Below are positions 29,233-38,976 of a stretch of 64,000 nt of DNA, one piece after another; position 1 is the first letter of the stretch, and the number at the start of each line of letters is the position of its first letter. Source of the DNA: an uncultured Acidobacteriota bacterium (GTDB lineage: Bacteria; Acidobacteriota; Vicinamibacteria; Vicinamibacterales; UBA8438). Location: NCBI GenBank assembly GCA_913043225.1, contig CAJWLU010000003.1:64001-128000 (forward strand), given 5' to 3'. The notes under the pieces are model-generated. The model did no database searches, had not been told where the DNA came from, and saw nothing but the letters and a program-made list of their open reading frames with translations. Both the position numbers and the translations under genes were made by a program.

Positions 29233-31632
29233 ATGCACGCGCGACTCGCGGTGATCGCGGCGGTGGCGGCCGGCCTCGTGGCGCCGGACGCCGGGTGGCT
29301 CGGGATCCAGGCCGCCGGACAGCCATCCGTAGAGGTGCCCTCGCGCGCCCTCCTCGATCAGTACTGCGTCACCTGTCACAACGACCGTCTGCAGACCGCC
29401 GAGCTGTCGCTCGATGGCGTGGACGTCTCGGATCCGGCCGCGCATCGTGACGTGCTCGAACGGGTCGTACGGAAGCTCCGTAAGGGGCAGATGCCGCCCG
29501 AGGGCCGTCCTCGACCGCCGGCGGACCAGATCGAACAGTTCGTGAGCCGGCTCGAAGTGTCACTGGATCGGGTGGCCGAGTCGAGATCCGACCCGGGCCG
29601 CGTGGCGTCCCGCCGGCTCAATCGAGCCGAGTATGTCAGCGTCATCGAGGACCTGCTGGCACTGGAGGTCAATGGCGAGGAGCTTCTGCCGTCCGACATG
29701 GCTGGCTTCGGGTTTGACAACAACGCCGAGGTGCTGTCGATCACGCCCGGGCTGATGTCGCGCTATATCGCCGCCGCCACGAAGATCAGTCGGGCGGCGA
29801 TCGGGAGTCCGGACATCCGTCCGGTGATGCAGCTCTACGAATTGGGCTACGAGCGCCGCGACGTCCGGGCCGGCGAGGCTCTGCCGTTCGCGACCCATGG
29901 TGGTCTGGCCGTTCGGCATCACTTCCCCCTGGACGGGGAGTATCTGTTCGCCATCCGCCTGAAGCGGAACGAGACCATCGAGACGATCGACGGTATCGCC
30001 GAGGACGAGCATCAGATCGAGCTGCGCATCGACCACGCGCTGGTCGAGCAGTTTGCCATCGGCGGTCGCTATCCTGGGCCGGATCCAGGGCAGCTCATCG
30101 CGGTGCCCGAGGATGACGTCGAGGGGCAGCGGCTCCATGAGTATCGGATGACGGCCGACCACGCGCTCGAACTCCGCGTCCCGGTCGAGGCGGGTACCCG
30201 GCTGGTGTCGGTGTCTTTCACCGATGCTGCCCCGTCACCTCATCCCAGCCCGCAGCTGCCAGGCATCGACAAGGTCTTCGTGTCGGGCCCCTTCGATGGT
30301 CGGGTGCCCGAGGACACGCCGAGTCGTCGTCGCATCTTTGTCTGCCAGCCTGAATCGGCGGTCGACGAAGAGCCGTGCGCGCGACAGATTCTGGCGTCGC
30401 TTGCGCGGCGAGCCTATCGACGGCCGGTGCAGACCGAGGACATCGATCCGCTCCTGGGGCTCTATCGTGAGGGTCGTGTAGAGCGGGACTTCGAGTTTGG
30501 GATCGAGCGGGCCCTCGAGGCGCTGCTCGCGATGCCCGAGTTCCTCATGCGGATAGAGGAGCATCCGGTGGACACGGCGCCGGGTGGGGTGTATCCGGTC
30601 AGCGATTTAGAGCTAGCCACCCGCCTGTCTTTCTTCCTCTGGAAGAGTCTTCCGGACGAGGAGCTGCTCGGGCTGGCTGAGGAGGGCCGGCTGCGAGAGT
30701 CTGGGGTGCTCGCGGCGCAGGTGGCCCGGATGCTTGGGGACGAGCGGGCCACGCGGTTCATGCACGACTTCGCCGGTCAGTGGCTGCACCTCCGCAACAT
30801 CGACGACCAGGCGCCAGACGGGGCACTCTTTGCCGGGTTCAATGATTCGCTGCGGAAGGCCATGGTCACCGAGACCCAGCTGTTCTTCCGTAGCCAGGTG
30901 AGCGCCGATCGACCGGTCACCGAGCTCCTGTCAGCTAATTACACGTTCCTGAATGAGCAACTCGCCCGCCACTACGGTGTCGATGATTTGTATGGCAGCC
31001 ACTTCCGCCGTTACGAGTGGCAGGACGATCGGCGTCACGGGCTCCTTGGCCAGGCCAGTTTGTTGACCGTGACCTCCTACGCCAACCGTACCTCGGTGGT
31101 GCTGCGCGGGCTGTGGGTGCTCGAGACGCTGCTGGGCGCGCCCCCGCCGCCCCCCCCGCCCAACGTGCCGCCGTTGCCTGAGAGCGACCGTCGAGCCCCC
31201 ACGTCGCTGCGGGAACGGATGGAGCAGCACCGGGCGAGCCCCGTGTGCGCCTCCTGTCACACGCAGATGGATCCGCTCGGGTTCGCCCTCGAGCACTACG
31301 ACGCGATCGGCCGATGGCGGGAGACCGACGGCGGAGCGCCAATCAACGCCACGATCACCTGGCAGGGAGACACCATCGACAGCCCGCGCGCGTTCCGGGA
31401 GATGCTGCTCGGATCCGGCGATGAAGTCGTACGCACGATTACCGAGAAGCTGATGACCTACGCGCTCGGTCGCGGAGTGGATCATGCCGATGCCCCCGCG
31501 GTGCGCCGGATCGTGCGGGAGCTTGCCGCCTCTGATCACCGCTGGTCCGCTTTGGTGCTCGGGATTGTCGAGAGCGATCAGTTCCAGCGGCGCCGTGCCC
31601 CGGAAGCCGTCGACGCGACCGCCGCCCAGTAG
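29233..31632 (+). CDS. Diheme DUF1587/1595/1592/1588/1585 protein, cassette copy 3
   Basis: TATACT -10 and AGGAGG RBS upstream; CVTCH...MPP; RLNRAEY; CASCH. Confidence 0.92.
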   Translation: MHARLAVIAAVAAGLVAPDAGWLGIQAAGQPSVEVPSRALLDQYCVTCHNDRLQTAELSLDGVDVSDPAAHRDVLERVVRKLRKGQMPPEGRPRPPADQIEQFVSRLEVSLDRVAESRSDPGRVASRRLNRAEYVSVIEDLLALEVNGEELLPSDMAGFGFDNNAEVLSITPGLMSRYIAAATKISRAAIGSPDIRPVMQLYELGYERRDVRAGEALPFATHGGLAVRHHFPLDGEYLFAIRLKRNETIETIDGIAEDEHQIELRIDHALVEQFAIGGRYPGPDPGQLIAVPEDDVEGQRLHEYRMTADHALELRVPVEAGTRLVSVSFTDAAPSPHPSPQLPGIDKVFVSGPFDGRVPEDTPSRRRIFVCQPESAVDEEPCARQILASLARRAYRRPVQTEDIDPLLGLYREGRVERDFEFGIERALEALLAMPEFLMRIEEHPVDTAPGGVYPVSDLELATRLSFFLWKSLPDEELLGLAEEGRLRESGVLAAQVARMLGDERATRFMHDFAGQWLHLRNIDDQAPDGALFAGFNDSLRKAMVTETQLFFRSQVSADRPVTELLSANYTFLNEQLARHYGVDDLYGSHFRRYEWQDDRRHGLLGQASLLTVTSYANRTSVVLRGLWVLETLLGAPPPPPPPNVPPLPESDRRAPTSLRERMEQHRASPVCASCHTQMDPLGFALEHYDAIGRWRETDGGAPINATITWQGDTIDSPRAFREMLLGSGDEVVRTITEKLMTYALGRGVDHADAPAVRRIVRELAASDHRWSALVLGIVESDQFQRRRAPEAVDATAAQ

Positions 31633-31666
31633 TGTCGGCCGAAAGCAAAAAACTCCGAGTGCAACC

Positions 31667-33016
31667 ATGTTCATCACCAAGACGCATTTGCCCCGCCGGA
31701 CCGTACTTCGCGGACTTGGCGCCAGCCTCGCGCTGCCGCTGCTCGACGGTATGGTACCGGCGCTCACCGCTCAGAGCCGGACGGCCGCCGCACCGGTGAA
31801 ACGGTTCGGCGTGTTCTACGTGCCCAACGGCATGTCGATGCCCTATTGGTACCCGGCCACTGAGGGTCCGCTCGACGAGATGCCGCCGATCTTGCGGTCG
31901 CTTGAGCCGTTTCGCGACCGGGTGTTGATCTGCGGCGGGCTCGACGACGAGTCGGCAAACCTGGTGAAGGGAGGCGGCGACCACGCGCGGTCGGCCGGAA
32001 CGTTCCTTACGTGCGTGCCCTACAAGATCACGGCCGGCGCCGACGTCTCGGCGGCGGTATCAATGGACCAGCTCGCCGCCCGAGAGCTGGCTAAGGAGAC
32101 CCAGATCTCCTCGCTCGAACTTGGGATCGAGTCGAACGCCATGGTTGGCAACTGCGATGGTGGGGCGAGCTGCGCCTACACCAACACCATCGCCTGGCGG
32201 ACGCCTACTACCCCGCTGCCGATAGAGAACGACCCGCGAGCCGTGTTCGAGCGTCTGTTCGGGACGACCGGGAGCACGGATCCGGCTGCGAGACAGGCGC
32301 GCCTGGAGCGGGACCGTAGCATTCTCGATCTGGTGAACGAGGAGCTCGCCGGACTGGAACGCGTGATCGGGCCAGGAGATCGGCTGAAGCTCGACGAGTA
32401 CCTGGAGTCGGTGCGGGACATCGAACGTCGCATCTCAATGGCCGAGGAGCAGAGTGCCCGCGAGCTACCGGTGGTCGACCAACCCGTCGGAGTGCCCGGT
32501 GACTACGCTGAGCACGCGAAGCTGCAGATGGACCTGCTGGCGCTGGCGTATCAGACCGACCTGACCCGGGTCAGTACCTTCATGCTGGCGCGTGAGGTCA
32601 GCGGCCGTGCCTATCCTGAGATCGGCGTGCCCGATTCCCACCACCCGCTCTCGCACCATCAAGACGAGCCGGCGAAGTTGGAACGGTTGCACAAGATCAA
32701 CGAGTTCCATCTGCAGCAATTTGCCTATCTGGTGGAGAAGATGGACACCCTGCCGGAAGGTGACGGAAGCCTCCTGGATTCGACCCTCTTCATGTACGGC
32801 ACCGGTATCAGCGACAGCAACACGCACTTCCACGACGATCTTCCGATCGCCCTGGTGGGTGGGCGCTCGGCCGGCATCCGGGGCGGGCGCTACGTCCGCT
32901 ACGCGGAGGACACCCCGCTCGCGAATCTCCACGTATCGATCCTGGAGATGCTGGGGGTTCCGGTCGAGGCGCTGGGCGACAGCACCGGGAAACTGGATCG
33001 ACTGACGAATTTATGA
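31667..33016 (+). CDS. DUF1552 (HxxSHH) Tat protein, cassette copy 3
   Basis: Start reassigned to MFITKTHLPRRTVLRG by comparison with paralogs; GDH; CDGGASC; HHPLSHH. Confidence 0.92.
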   Translation: MFITKTHLPRRTVLRGLGASLALPLLDGMVPALTAQSRTAAAPVKRFGVFYVPNGMSMPYWYPATEGPLDEMPPILRSLEPFRDRVLICGGLDDESANLVKGGGDHARSAGTFLTCVPYKITAGADVSAAVSMDQLAARELAKETQISSLELGIESNAMVGNCDGGASCAYTNTIAWRTPTTPLPIENDPRAVFERLFGTTGSTDPAARQARLERDRSILDLVNEELAGLERVIGPGDRLKLDEYLESVRDIERRISMAEEQSARELPVVDQPVGVPGDYAEHAKLQMDLLALAYQTDLTRVSTFMLAREVSGRAYPEIGVPDSHHPLSHHQDEPAKLERLHKINEFHLQQFAYLVEKMDTLPEGDGSLLDSTLFMYGTGISDSNTHFHDDLPIALVGGRSAGIRGGRYVRYAEDTPLANLHVSILEMLGVPVEALGDSTGKLDRLTNL

Positions 33017-33462
33017 TCGCCGTCCGCCGTGTCGCCGCGCTGCTCGTTGCGGGGCTGGGGTTGGCCGCGGCGGCGGCCGCCCAGACCGCCTATCCGATTT
33101 TCACTCCGGACCATCTCGACGCGACGATGAAGACGCTGGGGCCGAATGTGGCCGGAGTGCACGCGGCGATCAGGGCTGGCGACATGACATTGGCCAAGGA
33201 GCGGGCCATCCGTAGCCGAGAGCAACTCGCGACCACCATAACGTTCTGGCGTGATCGGGGCCGTGATGATGCGGTCCGGATTCTGCGAGTCACGTTGCGG
33301 GCGTTCGACACACTCGATACCGCTTTGTCCCAGACGCCGGCCGACCCGGCCGCGGTGGATGCCGCCAACGGAACCGTAGGCGGTGGGTGCACCGCTTGCC
33401 ACGCGATCTACAGGCAGGGTGAAGATGGAGATTATCGGTTGAACGAGGCCGCGCTACGATGA
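33013..33462 (+). CDS. Small secreted cytochrome c'-like (class II) protein, third gene of cassette copy 3
   Basis: Signal peptide; helical sequence; C-terminal CTACHAIYR; ATGA overlap. Confidence 0.8.
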   Translation: MIAVRRVAALLVAGLGLAAAAAAQTAYPIFTPDHLDATMKTLGPNVAGVHAAIRAGDMTLAKERAIRSREQLATTITFWRDRGRDDAVRILRVTLRAFDTLDTALSQTPADPAAVDAANGTVGGGCTACHAIYRQGEDGDYRLNEAALR

Positions 33463-34739
33463 CGGGGATGGCAATGAGACTACAGATTGGGTTCGTGCTT
33501 CTGGTGCTGGCCGTGGGATGTGCTCCGGCGGACGACGCCGCAACTGACGATGGGGCGATGGCGGAGACCGCCGACGGGGCGCCGGTGGATCCGGTCGCGG
33601 TCCGGCCGTTCATGATCGACGTGCCCCAGATGGTGCTCGACGACCTCCAGACAAGGCTCGAACAGACACGGCTGCCTGACCAGCTCGACGGTGCGGGGTG
33701 GGACTATGGAACCGAGCTCGATTACTTCACCGAGTTCCTGACCTACTGGCGCGACGAGTTCGACTGGCGCGCCGCCGAGGCCCGGTTGAATGAGTTCGAT
33801 CAGTTTAAGACGGTACTGGACGGGCTCGATACTCACTTCATTCATCAGCGGTCGCCCGAGCCGGATGCCATGCCGATCATCATCACTCACGGGTGGCCTG
33901 GGTCGATCGCCGAGTTCACGAAGATCATCGGTCCGCTGACCGACCCGGTGGCTCACGGTGGCGATGCGGCCGACGCGTTTCACGTCGTCGCGCCGTCGAT
34001 GCCGGGCTACGGGTTCTCGGACAAGCCGACCCAGCGCGGCTTTGGCCCCGAGCAGATCGCCGAGGTGGGCGCCGCATTGATGGAACGGTTGGGATACGAC
34101 CGCTACGGGATCCAGGGCGGCGACTGGGGCTCGATCGTCAGCCGGTGGCACGCATTCAACTATCCGGACCGGGCGCTCGGTCTCCACCTGAACATGCTGG
34201 TGGGAGGACGCCCACCGGAAGGCGAAGATCCGTCGAGTCCCGAAGAGATCGAGCGGGCGCGGTCACGTTCGTCGTTCTACAACACGGCGGAGAACGCGTA
34301 CGCGCAGATCCAGGGCACGAAGCCCCAGACGGTCGGCTATGCCCTGCACGATTCGCCGTCGGGCCAAGCGGCCTGGATCGTCGAGAAGTTCAGGGCCTGG
34401 TGTGATTGTGACGGTGACGCCGGGTCGGTCTTCACCCGTGACGAGCTGCTGACCAACATCATGATCTACTGGGTGACCGGCACCGCCACCTCGTCGGCCC
34501 GCCTCTACTACGAGAGCGGGAACGCCCCGACATCTCGCCCGATGGGGTACATCGAGGTGCCGACTGGCGCGGCCATCTTCCCCTACGAGCTCTTCATCAC
34601 TCCCCGCGCCTGGGCCGAGACCGCCTACAACATCGTGCACTGGACCGAGATGGAGCGCGGAGGCCACTTTGCGGCCATGGAGCAGCCCGAGGCGTTCGTG
34701 GAGGACCTCCGCACGTTCTTCCGGCCGCTACGAGACTGA
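33459..34739 (+). CDS. Lipoprotein epoxide hydrolase (microsomal/EHN type)
   Basis: LAVGC lipobox; FDWRAAE, HGWPGS, PSMPGYGFS, QGGDWG, GGHFAAMEQP. Confidence 0.9.
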   Translation: MTGMAMRLQIGFVLLVLAVGCAPADDAATDDGAMAETADGAPVDPVAVRPFMIDVPQMVLDDLQTRLEQTRLPDQLDGAGWDYGTELDYFTEFLTYWRDEFDWRAAEARLNEFDQFKTVLDGLDTHFIHQRSPEPDAMPIIITHGWPGSIAEFTKIIGPLTDPVAHGGDAADAFHVVAPSMPGYGFSDKPTQRGFGPEQIAEVGAALMERLGYDRYGIQGGDWGSIVSRWHAFNYPDRALGLHLNMLVGGRPPEGEDPSSPEEIERARSRSSFYNTAENAYAQIQGTKPQTVGYALHDSPSGQAAWIVEKFRAWCDCDGDAGSVFTRDELLTNIMIYWVTGTATSSARLYYESGNAPTSRPMGYIEVPTGAAIFPYELFITPRAWAETAYNIVHWTEMERGGHFAAMEQPEAFVEDLRTFFRPLRD

Positions 34740-34748
34740 GGGTGCGCG

Positions 34749-35822
34749 ATGACGATGAGCCGATCGCCGAAGGTGCACGATAGCCACGGTGTTTCCCGGC
34801 GGGTCTTTCTCGGGGCGCTCGGCGCCGCGGCGGTGGCGCCGCGTGGGTTCGCACAGGGTGGGCCTCCGATTCCGGTCACGTCGATCAACCACATGACGAT
34901 CAACGTCACAGATCCCGCGCGGTCGCTCAAGTGGTACCAGGGGCTCTTCGGGACGCCGATCGCGGCGCGTCAGGCCGACACCGTGGTCTTGCGAGTGGGT
35001 GACGGGCCGCAGTTTCTCGCGATCGGTGGTGGCGCGAGCGACAACCCGCGTATCAACCATTTGTGTTTGGAGACGCCAGGGTTCGATGCGGATCGGATAG
35101 TGGGCATTCTCGAAGATCACGGCGTGTCGTCCGAACGGATGTCTGGCCCGATGTCGGTGCGGGTGCGGATGCGTGGCGCCGAGTTCGGGGGTGCTCCCGA
35201 AGGTACGCCGGAGCTCTACTTCGGCGATCCGGATGGGTTGGTGATCCAGTTGCAGGATTCGACCTACTGTGGCGGGGCCGGCGTGATGGGGGAGGAATGC
35301 CTCTCGACGCCCGAGCTGGCGCCGACCGCTGGACTACTCTCGCTTGGCGAGTACAACCATTTTACGCTGTTCGTGACTGATGCCGAGCGTTCGATTGCGC
35401 TTTATCAGCGGCTATTTGGCATGCCGATCGACACCTACCAGGGCGCACTTCCGGTGCTGCGGGTCGGGCAAGGCCGGCAGTTTCTCGCGTTGGCTGGTGC
35501 TGGCCGCGGTCCGACCGGGCCGATCATCCACCACGCTAGCCTGAGCGTGGCGGACTTCGACGTCGACCGGATCTTCGGCGTGTTGGAGGACTACGGGCTT
35601 GAGGTCCTGGGTGAGGGTGGGGCTGCGAGTGGTCCGTTACAGACGTACGTGACTATGCGGGGGCCGGAGAGGGGCGGCGCCGAGGGTGGCACGCCCGAGC
35701 TGTACTTCACCGATCCTGACGGGATCCTGATTCAGCTCCAGGATCCTAGCTACTGCGGTGGGAACGGCTATCTCGGTGAGGACTGCGGTACGGTCGAGAA
35801 CCCGACCGGTCGCAACGCGTGA
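34749..35822 (+). CDS. Tat-exported internally duplicated VOC/glyoxalase-superfamily protein
   Basis: SRRVFL; two halves, each with NH.T..V.D..RS..YQ.LFG and ELYF.DPDG..IQLQD..YCGG.G..GE.C. Confidence 0.85.
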   Translation: MTMSRSPKVHDSHGVSRRVFLGALGAAAVAPRGFAQGGPPIPVTSINHMTINVTDPARSLKWYQGLFGTPIAARQADTVVLRVGDGPQFLAIGGGASDNPRINHLCLETPGFDADRIVGILEDHGVSSERMSGPMSVRVRMRGAEFGGAPEGTPELYFGDPDGLVIQLQDSTYCGGAGVMGEECLSTPELAPTAGLLSLGEYNHFTLFVTDAERSIALYQRLFGMPIDTYQGALPVLRVGQGRQFLALAGAGRGPTGPIIHHASLSVADFDVDRIFGVLEDYGLEVLGEGGAASGPLQTYVTMRGPERGGAEGGTPELYFTDPDGILIQLQDPSYCGGNGYLGEDCGTVENPTGRNA

Positions 35823-35868
35823 GCACCGGGGTGGGAACGACGATCGCCGGCGGGGAGAGGATGAGGCG

Positions 35869-36597
35869 ATGACGGTGCCGTTCGGTGGACTAGCGGGATG
35901 GGCGTTCTGGTTGGCTGCGGCCGGCGCCGTCTTGGTGATAGGCGGGCCGGTCTTGCATCGGCTTGGTGTCTTGGGACTCGGCCCGGCGTTGCTGGCCGTG
36001 CCGCTCGGGGGGTTCCTGTCGTTGCTGGCCGTGATTCTCACGGCGTTCATCTTCGTCGGCGGGCGCCCGATGCCGGCTGGTCGGACGCCGACCCTCGCGG
36101 CCGCCGGGCTCGCCATCCTCACCGGCGTCGTGCCCTTGATGCTGGTGGTGCCCGGTTTCGGCGTGCCTCAGATCCATGACATTACGACCGACCCGGACGA
36201 TCCCCCGCGGTTCCTGGCGGTGATGCCGCTCCGGGGTGAGACCGCCAACTCTCTCGATTACCCGCCCGAGACGGCTCGCGCTCAGCGTGAGGGCTATTCC
36301 GACCTGAGCACGGTCACGATGTCCGGCGAGCCGGCGGCCCTGGTCGAGCGCTCGCGTGAGGTTGCTGCCGAACTAGGGTGGGACATCGTCGATGTCGACC
36401 CGGAGGGAGGGCGCCTTGAGGCGTCAGAGACGACTTTCTGGTTCGGGTTCATCGACGATGTCGTGGTTCGTATCCGTCCCGCTGGCGGGGGAAGCGAAAT
36501 CGACGTCAGATCAGTTTCCAGGGTCGGTGTCAGCGACCTTGGTGCTAACGCGGCCAGAATCCGCCGCTTTATCGACCGTCTCCAGTCCAGCTCCTAG
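35869..36597 (+). CDS. DUF1499 family membrane protein
   Basis: IHDITTD, TFWFGFIDDVVVR, DVRSVSRVGVSDLGANAARI. Confidence 0.85.
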   Translation: MTVPFGGLAGWAFWLAAAGAVLVIGGPVLHRLGVLGLGPALLAVPLGGFLSLLAVILTAFIFVGGRPMPAGRTPTLAAAGLAILTGVVPLMLVVPGFGVPQIHDITTDPDDPPRFLAVMPLRGETANSLDYPPETARAQREGYSDLSTVTMSGEPAALVERSREVAAELGWDIVDVDPEGGRLEASETTFWFGFIDDVVVRIRPAGGGSEIDVRSVSRVGVSDLGANAARIRRFIDRLQSSS

Positions 36598-36605
36598 TAC
36601 TCCCA

Positions 36606-36663
36606 TGGGGCTTCGCCCCAAACCCCACGCGGCGCTAACGGGCGGAACGTTTGACCCCGCGTG
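36606..36663. repeat. REP-like palindromic element (single copy in window)
   Basis: TGGGGC-TTC-GCCCCA hairpin, then AACCCC, then a CACGCGG...CCGCGTG stem. Confidence 0.35.
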
Positions 36664-36814
36664 CCTCTCGCAGGATGTCCCGCAACCCCCGGTTTCCCTC
36701 ATGACGGGCGAACCGGTTGCGTTGTCTGGGGAGCGGCATTGTGCTCCCGAGGTGTCGGGCTATCCCCCGAGGGTGATTCCGGGGCAGAATAGCGGACCGA
36801 ACACGGGCTTCCGC

Positions 36815-37153
36815 ATGCGATGCAGTGATGAGCGGGTCGAAGGGGATGTCGTGGTCCTGTCGTTGGCGGTCCAGGGGCTGGGTGACTTGGCGGCTGGCGT
36901 CACAGAGTGGGTGCGAGATCTCGCCTCTGACGGCCATCGCCGGTTCGTGTTGAATCTCGACGGGCTGGCGGGGCTGGACAGCCATGCGCTTGGCGATCTG
37001 GTGGCCAGCCAGCAGGCGGCGGAGACGGTGGGTGCCCGGGTGGCGCTCTGCAAAGTCCATCCCTATGTGTCCGAGCCGCTGGCGATTATGAACGTGGCTT
37101 CGCTCTTCGACACCTTCGAGACGGTGCAGGACGCCGTCCGCGGTCTTTCCTGA
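36815..37153 (+). CDS. STAS-domain anti-sigma factor antagonist
   Basis: 112 aa; FVLNLDGLAGLDSHALGDLV (DS phospho-acceptor position); LFDTFETVQDAV. Confidence 0.75.
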   Translation: MRCSDERVEGDVVVLSLAVQGLGDLAAGVTEWVRDLASDGHRRFVLNLDGLAGLDSHALGDLVASQQAAETVGARVALCKVHPYVSEPLAIMNVASLFDTFETVQDAVRGLS

Positions 37154-37170
37154 CCACCTGGCGTCCGGCG

Positions 37171-38970
37171 ATGTCCTTTCCAGACTTGCGCGCGTTCCTC
37201 GACCAACTCCGCCGTGACGGCGATCTCGTCGAGGTGGGGGCCGAGGTCGATCCTGTCCAGGAGGCGGCCGAGATCCATCGCCGGGTAGTGGCGGCTGGGG
37301 GGCCGGCGCTGCTGTTTACCCGTCCCTCCGGTGCGGACTTCCCGCTGGTCACCAACCTGTTCGGCACGGCTCGGCGAGCTGAGCTCGCGTTCGGCGAGCG
37401 GCCACAGGGGTTCATCCGGCGACTGGTCGAGACGGTCGAGACGGCGCTACCACCAACCATCGGGAGTCTCTGGGGCGCGCGGGACGTCGCGGCCCAGGTG
37501 CTGAAGGTCGGCCTCCGCCGAGGCCGGCGAGGACCGGTGACCGAAGTAGTCACCGACGACGTGCGGCTGGACCGTCTGCCGGCGTTGACGACGTGGCCCG
37601 AGGATGGCGGCCCTTTCATCACGCTGCCGCTGGTCTTCACTGAGCATCCCGATGGTCGAGGACACAACCTCGGCATGTATCGACTGCAGGTGCACGATGC
37701 CACCGCAACCGGCATGCATTGGCAGATTGGCAAGGGCGGCGGATTTCACTACCGGGTGGCCGAGGGCCGTGGCGAGTCGCTTCCGGTCACGGTGTTTCTC
37801 GGCGGTCCGCCGGCGTTGACGCTGGCCGCCATCGCGCCACTGCCCGAGAACGTACCGGAGTTGTTACTGGCGTCGTTGATCGCCGGTGAGCGACTCGGCC
37901 TGGTTGAGGGTGTGGGTCCGCACCCCTTGGTCGCCCGCGCGGAGTTCGCGCTCATGGGCAGCGTCGCTCCCCTCATCCGCCGCCCGGAGGGTCCCTTCGG
38001 CGATCACTACGGCTACTACTCACTAACGCACGATTATCCGGTCTTCCAAGTATCGAGGATCGCACGTCGCCGTGACGCGATCTTCCCTGCCACGGTCGTG
38101 GGCAAGCCTCGTCAGGAGGACTTCTTCATTGGCGACTTGCTGCAGGATCTCCTTTCCCCGCTGTTCCCGCTGGTGATGCCAGGCGTGACGGACCTCTGGT
38201 CCTACGGCGAAACGGGCTATCACTCCTTGTCGGCGGCGGTCGTGAAGCAGCGGTATGCGCGCGAGGCGATGGCGAGTGCATTCCGTATCCTGGGCGAGGG
38301 GCAGCTGTCACTGACCAAGTTTCTGCTCGTTACTGACCAGCCGGTCGACCTGAAGGACTTCAGAGCGACGCTCGAGCATCTGCTGGCCAGGACCAATACC
38401 GAGACGGACCTTTACGTGTTCTCCAATTTGTCCATGGACACCCTGGACTACACCGGTCCGGAGGTAAACCTGGGGTCGAAGGGGATCTGGCTGGGACTTG
38501 GCGAGCCCGTGCGTTCGCTCCCGGAACAATTCTCGGCATCGGAGCTGCCGTCCGGTTGCGGGTCGGTGGAGGTTTTCTGCCGAGGGTGCCTCGTCGTTGG
38601 GGGCCCGCCGAAGGCCGATGATCCGGACCTGGCTAGTCGGGTCGCCAGCCATCCGGCCTTCGCCGACTGGCCCCTGGTGGTGTTGACCGACGAGCCGGCA
38701 CGGGCGGTCCGAAGCGCGATGAATTTCCTGTGGACGACCTTCACCCGGTTCGAGCCGGCCGCCGACGTGCATGCGGCAGCAACCCGGGTTGTTCGTAATC
38801 ATCTGGTGTACACCGCGCCGATCGTGATCGACGCTCGTCTCGCGCCTAGCTTCCCCGGGGAGTTGCACTGCGATCCGGAGGTCGCTGATACGGTGTCGAC
38901 CCGCTGGAAGGAGTACTTTCCTGATGGCCGGGTCGAGATGGGCGACGCCGAGCGCGGCCACCTCGATTGA
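37171..38970 (+). CDS. UbiD-family prFMN-dependent decarboxylase (possibly menaquinone/futalosine pathway)
   Basis: NLFGT, DGGPFITLP, NLGMYRLQ, MHWQ, EGPFGDHYGYY, DTLD. Confidence 0.9.
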   Translation: MSFPDLRAFLDQLRRDGDLVEVGAEVDPVQEAAEIHRRVVAAGGPALLFTRPSGADFPLVTNLFGTARRAELAFGERPQGFIRRLVETVETALPPTIGSLWGARDVAAQVLKVGLRRGRRGPVTEVVTDDVRLDRLPALTTWPEDGGPFITLPLVFTEHPDGRGHNLGMYRLQVHDATATGMHWQIGKGGGFHYRVAEGRGESLPVTVFLGGPPALTLAAIAPLPENVPELLLASLIAGERLGLVEGVGPHPLVARAEFALMGSVAPLIRRPEGPFGDHYGYYSLTHDYPVFQVSRIARRRDAIFPATVVGKPRQEDFFIGDLLQDLLSPLFPLVMPGVTDLWSYGETGYHSLSAAVVKQRYAREAMASAFRILGEGQLSLTKFLLVTDQPVDLKDFRATLEHLLARTNTETDLYVFSNLSMDTLDYTGPEVNLGSKGIWLGLGEPVRSLPEQFSASELPSGCGSVEVFCRGCLVVGGPPKADDPDLASRVASHPAFADWPLVVLTDEPARAVRSAMNFLWTTFTRFEPAADVHAAATRVVRNHLVYTAPIVIDARLAPSFPGELHCDPEVADTVSTRWKEYFPDGRVEMGDAERGHLD

Positions 38971-38976
38971 TCCGGC

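Noticed and set aside
31141..31161. C-rich run as a possible phase-variation tract
   Set aside because: It encodes the poly-Pro motif shared by all four paralogs, and the frame is intact.
31484..31666. N-terminal extensions in the ORF track (also at 9327-10382, 18470, 36392, 47113, 60288)
   Set aside because: They overlap neighbours or lack an RBS; downstream starts fit paralogs, RBS position and signal peptides better.
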